Of a stretch of 64,000 nt of DNA, positions 58,066-64,000 are shown piece after piece. The stretch's first letter is position 1. Every line of letters starts with the position of its first letter. The stretch comes from Schmidtea nova (Eukaryota), in assembly GCA_044892505.1 (NCBI GenBank), contig CM097882.1, forward strand, positions 586,706,001 to 586,770,000, in the 5' to 3' direction. The notes under the pieces are model-generated. The model made no database searches. It was given only the letters and a program-made list of their open reading frames with translations, and was not told the origin of the DNA. The position numbers and the translations under genes are program-made.

Positions 58066-59280
58066 TCACACATGACCCTTCGTTGACCGCGCATCTGGTG
58101 GCACTCCGCGATTGTTATGGCGTATTGTTCCAATATACGATATTCCTTGTTGATTCAGTTCATGAGCCAGTTCCAATGATGAAAACCAATTGTCACCTAT
58201 GTAAAAGAAAAGTGGAATATAATCATGTAGAAATTGAAAATTATTACATGACTGACCTGTGAAGTGACGTCCCGTGTTGAGATAAGGCTTGATAAGATGA
58301 AGAGTCACGAATTTTGCTGTGACATTTTGATTTGGCAGGATAGTACCTTTGCCAACATAAATGATTGAATTCAGAGCATAGAAAGTCTCTGCATCACAAA
58401 GCCACAACAGTTTGATGCCGAACTTCCCAGGCTTCGTCCCAATATACTGTTGAAACTAAAGACGGCCATGGAATTCAAGCAGTTATTCATCTACAGTAAG
58501 ATATTCACTAGGAACATATATGTCTCGGAGCTTTCTGTTGAAGACTTCAGTAATACTTTTGACAGGAGTCAAGCGATCTTGTTTATCTCTCCGCAAAGGA
58601 TCATCAAAACGAAGCATTTATTTTATTTGCAGAAAACGTTCCATCATCATGGTTGCTCTACATATTGGAAATCCATCTCGAGCAGACCATAATTCCTCAA
58701 CATCTCTGTATCTTGCACGAAATGCTCCCATAATAATTAGCAGGCCAATAAATGCTTCCAGTTTGTCTCTGTTGACCATTTTCCATTTCTTCTTACAACT
58801 GGGATGGCTGTTGTTCCATTTCTGAATACGTCTGCAACCTTGCAAATTGGTGTAGTGCAATGTGTCCTGAAAAGTGACATCCAAGAACATAAGCACTACT
58901 TCTCTTTCATTGGTTGGATTTACACCAAGGGCGAAACCCGCATGGAAATTCATTACATTGTGCATTGCATGGCGACCACGGTTTGATGGAGCAATAGTTG
59001 ACCAAACTATACGTGAAGATGAAATAAACTCAAGATCTTCTTCTACTGTAGACTTTGATTCATCTTCCGTGCTTTCGTCCTCACTGTTGATAGATAAATT
59101 TGTTACTGCATCACTATCTAGTGTATCGTCATTTGAATCCACATTATCCTCCATTTCAATGCTCTGATCTTCATCGTTTTCAGAAGCACCATCATAAATA
59201 TCACCACTACCATCTGACTCAAAACCAATGACCACATTTGCAGCATGTTTGCAGACTCTCTTTGGACGAGAGCTCATTTC
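58066..59280 (-). mobile_element. piggyBac (PGBD4-like) transposase, 3'-truncated pseudogene, with a 60-nt intron (58197-58256)
   Basis: Acidic N-terminus, LEAFIGLLIIMG, ELWS...P..RATM..ERF..I, RFDD, KPGKFGIKLLWLCDAET.Y, and GRHFT-G/DNWFSS after removing the intron. Confidence 0.9.
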
Positions 59281-59879
59281 TGAAATAAAGCAAATAGCAA
59301 TTATATAGTAATGTAGTAATGAAAACAAAGTTCATGATACGCTAATATGTCACACTTTTTAGTTTTTTTGTGGTTATGTTTCACAATCAATCTGGATACT
59401 GAACTTCTACCACTCAATATTATAGGATATTTATATCACATGAAATGCATTCTGCGTGAATAATCCTATTGTTACTCCGGAATATCCCAGTATCATAAAA
59501 TATCGAATTTAAAATTTTCAATTAACTATTTTTGTCAAACTTACTGCTAACCTTTAAATTTTTATTTTCTTCTTTAAAATACATTACCTAATCTTTTTTT
59601 ATCTGTTCCTCTATGATCTTAATCTCTTCAGTGATGAGTTCGCTACAAATTTTACCTCCTGACTTACATCTAGTAATAGTTAAGAATCTACAAATGCACC
59701 TTCTTACTCGTAGTTAAACACCTCTTACTCTAATTTGTTTTTGATTCTTTATATTTTCATATTTCCAACTCGGATATGTTGACTAAAAACTTGGATGGTT
59801 TTTTCATATCTCTTTTATTTATCATCGTATTTGTTTTCGGCCACAGATCTGAATTTCCGTAAAACTATCTAGGCCAACT

Positions 59880-60300
59880 TAAACCCTACTCACCTGACAT
59901 TAATTCAATTCTTGGAATGCTTATTACTATTATTGTTGCAACTTTTTCACACGCTGATATTAGAATCATTTCCAGCTTTATAATCTAAGCAACAGCTAGA
60001 CACATATCGCTTGATGCATTTGAAAATATGGTAATCTACCACTTACCGTCCTCTCTTTATAAGAGACACCATAATACTTTAGCTTAACTCAAATTATCAC
60101 ACTTTTGGATCTAAATCAATAAATTTACTTTGATTTCTTCAAATGTTTCTTGATCTAATTCTAATATGTACATCTAGGTCTTTTGCGTGATTATTTTATT
60201 CGTCTCAGTAACAGCTCCAAATAATCCCAAGGGATCAAAATCTTGTGCTAATAAAACAAAATTTTTTTTAATATTTTTTGAACTGGTCGCAACCACACAC
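59880..60300 (-). mobile_element. BEL/Pao retrotransposon pol remnant (RT end / RNase H)
   Basis: AQDFDPLGLFGAV...KIITQ, IFSNAS...AVA, KVA...SIPRIEL are degraded forms of the Pao FDPLG / F.DAS / IPRLEL motifs. Confidence 0.75.
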
Positions 60301-60695
60301 CAAACTCGAAATTATCTTTTTAGAAATTTCATTTATGATTCTTGTAAAAATAATCTTAAAAAGCATTTTTAAGTTGTGATTACGCCTATAAAGTGAATGG
60401 AAAATTTAATATGAAATTTTAAAAAAGTTGAAACATTTTTTAAATAAAGTATTCAAAATCTTTTGGAATAAATATTAAAAACTATAATTTTTTATAACTA
60501 GTTTCAAATTTTAGTTTTATGCTGAATTTATGAGAAATTGCAATTTGAATTATTTTTAAATCTCTTACGGAAATTTGTTTAAATAATAATATTAAGAAGA
60601 TCATTATAATATTTTTACCAGTTTTCATTAAGTATATTTTTGAAGTGCTAGTCTTTTGTTAATATGATGGAATTAAAGGAGTTTAATAAAATAAC

Positions 60696-62128
60696 TACTG
60701 TAAAATCCCGAGTATAAGCTGCAGTTAATACGTACATTAAGGCAACATTTCTGAATTGCAGCTAATATGATATGCAGCTTATACAACTAAAAAACAATTC
60801 AAATCGAAGATAAAATTATTTCTTTCAATTTTCAACATCACACTCCTCAAAACAATCACACTTTTCATTGTCAATAAAAGAGAAATTTTCTAGTAATTCT
60901 ACAATGTTTGGATCAGACTCGCTCACATTCATTTCATTTTCTTCAATTTCAAGAACATCGTCGTCTTCACCAAATGCAACACAAAAACCATTCAAAATGG
61001 TGGAAATGTTAACATCTTCCCAAGAGGAAACAATCAATTCGAAAATAGTATTCCAGTCAGCTGCTTTCATATTTCCGGACTTAGTACGTTTGATGTTTTC
61101 ATAATCTTTAATGATCCAATCCTCCCACTTCTTGCGCAATTTTGACTTGAACGAACGGTTAACAGTAAGATCTAATGGCTGCACCTTTGATGTCAATCCG
61201 GCAGGTATGAAAGCTACTTTGGATTCCTTCTTAATTTTATCAAGTGTAATACTGACAAGATGTGAGCGATGCATATCAAATAAAAGCAATGATGGTACTT
61301 TTGGATCCTGGTTCCATGGTGTCTTTGGAGGCAATGTAATTCGACTCTTCCATACTTTCTTGAGCCATATCTCAATAGTTTCATGATTCATCCAACCAGA
61401 TCCATTAGATGCAATAACAAGCTTTGATTCAGGAATGCAAGTCTTTGGATGTTTCTTTGTGCCCAAAATAACAAAAGGCGGAAGTTTAGTACCATCTTTG
61501 AGAACACATAGATTGACGGTAAATCGTTTTTTCTCATGTCCTGTAGTTTTAATTCGGACCTCCTTGGCACCTTTAGTCTCAATTGTGTACCCTAAAGGCA
61601 TGTCACGTTAAACGGACACTTAATCAAAATTCCTGATTTGATTATCGGGCAAATCCTTCTTTAAATCTGCGATGGTGCTTCTAAACTTGGCCATCTGAAA
61701 TTCCCAATCTTTCGGTAATTGTTGCTTCGTGGTAGGCCGTCGAACACAAATATTCTTGCGTTTCATGAAATTATCAGTCCATTGAGAGCTCGCGACAAAT
61801 CCTTCAATTTTCATTTCTTTGGCAATTACTTGTGCCTGTAAACGAATTCAAACAACCGACACTTGAAGTTCTCGTTCACGTTGAATTAGGATCCATTCGT
61901 GTAATTTCGTTTCCAATTCCGGATATTTAGCGTTACCACCACGCAATGATTTGGATTCATTGCTTTGATAACAGACTCTTGGGCGATCCATCGTATAATA
62001 ACAGTTTTATTAATATCATATCGTCTTGCAACCTCCCGTATGTTTCCTAACTGACAAGCTAATTCAATAACTTCTTTTTTCTTTGCTGAACTAAAAGATC
62101 TTCGTTGTTTCTCTGATTTTGTCCTCAT
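60696..62128 (-). mobile_element. pogo (POGK-like) transposon pseudogene: BrkDBD-type HTH, Tc5 HTH, DDE_1
   Basis: FSSAKKKEVIELA...VARRYDI; ASSQWTDNFMKR..I..RRPTT; NFD; KTTGHEKKRFTV.LCV..DGTKLPPFVI; LFDMHRSH; IPAGLTSKVQPLDLTVNRSFK; 3' end TA+CTGTAAAATCCCGAGTATAAG. Confidence 0.93.
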
Positions 62129-63949
62129 CTAAAATACATTTTCTGAATTGGGCGGTCATTGAATGTAAGATGGTTTCTGCTATTACTTCTTCTTCATCTT
62201 TAATGTCTTTTTTTACATATTTCAATCGGGACAGGGCATCGACATGTGGGATATCTTTCCCTCTTAGGTATGAAATTGAATAATCATACTGCATCAATAA
62301 TAATGCCCATTTCGTCACTCTTACTAATGTAGTACTGGGAATAGCACTCTTGTTGCCAAACAGATATTGCAGTGCTTTGTGATTGGTTTTGATATCAAAT
62401 TTTCTTCCCAAGAGGAACCGCTTCAGACAAATCACTGACCATACAATCACTAATGCTTCGCGCTCTATGTTGGAATAGTTCCTTTCTGCCGGAGATAATG
62501 TCCTCGATACATATATTACTGGTGAGGCAGCTATAGCGGTTTTGGATGCATCTGTAGTTAATGTTACTTCTTTTTCTAGGTCGTACGGTTTAACTATTGG
62601 TGACTTCGATATCTCCTTTTTTAATTCCTCAAACGCCGACTAGCATGCCTTGGTCCATTGGAAGGCACCACACTTTGATTTCCTTAACTCGTTTATCGGA
62701 CGTATTTTCATTGCAAATTGTGGAATTAATCTGCCGAAATAATTGATTAATCCGACAAAGCTTTCCACTTCTTTTCTGTTTCCCGGTGTCTGTATCTCAC
62801 GTATTTTCGATACAAGGATTTCTTTTTCGGATATTTTAAAGGCTAAAAACGTAATCACTTTCTTTGAAGGAGACTTACTTTCATTCACTGTGACTTTTTT
62901 TTCTTTTAGCCTTGATATGACCGCATTCAATCTTTTTCTCAGCGCTTCATTGTTTTTCTGCAAAGATTAAGATGTCTTCTTGGTAAATTAACAATATTTT
63001 AATGTCTGCTAGGATGTTTTCCATTGTTCTCTGGAAGATTGTTGATGCGTTCTTCATTCCCATATGCAGTCTGTTTACTTCGTACAGGCCTTTGCTCGTG
63101 TTTATGACCGATAATTTCTTTGATTGTTCGTCTAGCTCGATTTGCCAGTAAGCTGAAGTTAAATCTAACTTTGCAAAGACCTTGGCATTCTTTAATTTGG
63201 CAAAGATGGTCTCAATATTCGGGAGAGGGTAGGCATCCATTTTGATTCTCTCATTTACATGCACCTTGAAGTCTACACACATTCCTAACTCCTCATTTCT
63301 CTTCTTTATCCAAATCACCGGCGAGGCATTCGTAACCGGGGTTGTGCATGGACTGATTATTCCTATCTTCTCTAATCGTTCACCTTGCTTTCTAATGCTA
63401 AGGGTATCGGGCATGCTTGACAAAATACGTCTTTCGAGTTCTCGATTAGTGTCATTGACGGTTTTATTCCTTTTATCGACGGGAGAATTTTGGATGGGTG
63501 TTTTTCATTTGAGATTTGATTGATTGATAATTTCATTTCATTTAAGATCGAAAGAATGTCCTGGCCCAACAGGCCTAATTCTTTCGTAGATTCTACTACT
63601 ATTAACTCGATCGGATATATCATTGATTTCGTTTCGATGGTAGTGTTGTCATATAGAACTTTGTTCTCTCCGCAATAACCAGTCTTCTTTTTGGTTCAAG
63701 ATACTGCAACAGGGCTTTGTGAATTTTCTCGAATTCCATTTCTTCAATCTTCTCGGGTTCCACACTTGTCTGAGTTTTCATTAAGGCTTTAATTCCGCAA
63801 CTAGCCATGAAATTGATTGTCGAAATTCTGCCACTGTCTTCTGATGTTGACAGGTTGCATCTCGATATAGCTGAAAGTGCTAGGAGCCAGAATTTGGCTT
63901 CTTCTGCGCATTGCAGGTTTAATTCTCCTAACCTGTGCTGTGACGCCAT
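62091..63949 (-). mobile_element. Ty3/Gypsy element remnant: gag N-terminus, end of protease, RT, RNase H (internally deleted, frameshifted)
   Basis: VIAERTKF gag; LLGQDIL; ASPVIWIKK...MCVDFK...YPLPNIE...LDLTSAYWQI; F.GLINYFGR; TTDAS; YSNIEREAL; KTNHKALQYLF...WALLL..YDY.I.Y..G..IPHVDALSR. Confidence 0.95.
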
Positions 63950-64000
63950 TGTTATGAAGTACTGAATACTAGAAACTAGTTAAATTCAAATATTTATTAA

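Overview
AT-rich eukaryotic (metazoan-type) genomic DNA. It has short GT-AG introns, (TA)n and (AAT)n microsatellites, and two scaffold gaps (N-runs at 5814-6030 and 22605-22758). The style is reminiscent of planarian/flatworm repeat-rich DNA, but the organism cannot be determined from the window. No intact, conserved housekeeping gene, rRNA, tRNA or CRISPR array is visible. The window is a nested transposon graveyard: about 7 hAT remnants (three with both termini and 8-bp TSDs), 3 piggyBac, 2 mariner, 2 IS630/Tc1-like, 2 pogo/Tigger, one MuDR/MULE, one nearly intact Merlin, Gypsy and BEL/Pao retroelement pieces, and a Helitron-like mini-element. These sit on a decayed Polinton/Maverick backbone: major capsid C-terminus, adenain-like protease, and a protein-primed PolB that can be re-joined across two hAT insertions. 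Unexplained cargo-like genes are interspersed: a very divergent two-repeat TBP-like gene next to a spliced Cys-rich gene, an intronless REX4/ISG20-like DEDDh exonuclease, a processed TCP1/CCT-alpha fragment, a tandem pair of orphan paralogs (one knocked out by a hAT), and a two-gene orphan module present in two highly diverged copies. Near 54.8-57.7 kb there is a dense array of AP-1/TRE (TGACTCA) motifs followed by a 29-30 bp satellite with higher-order structure. All translations and alignments were done by eye; no database search was run.
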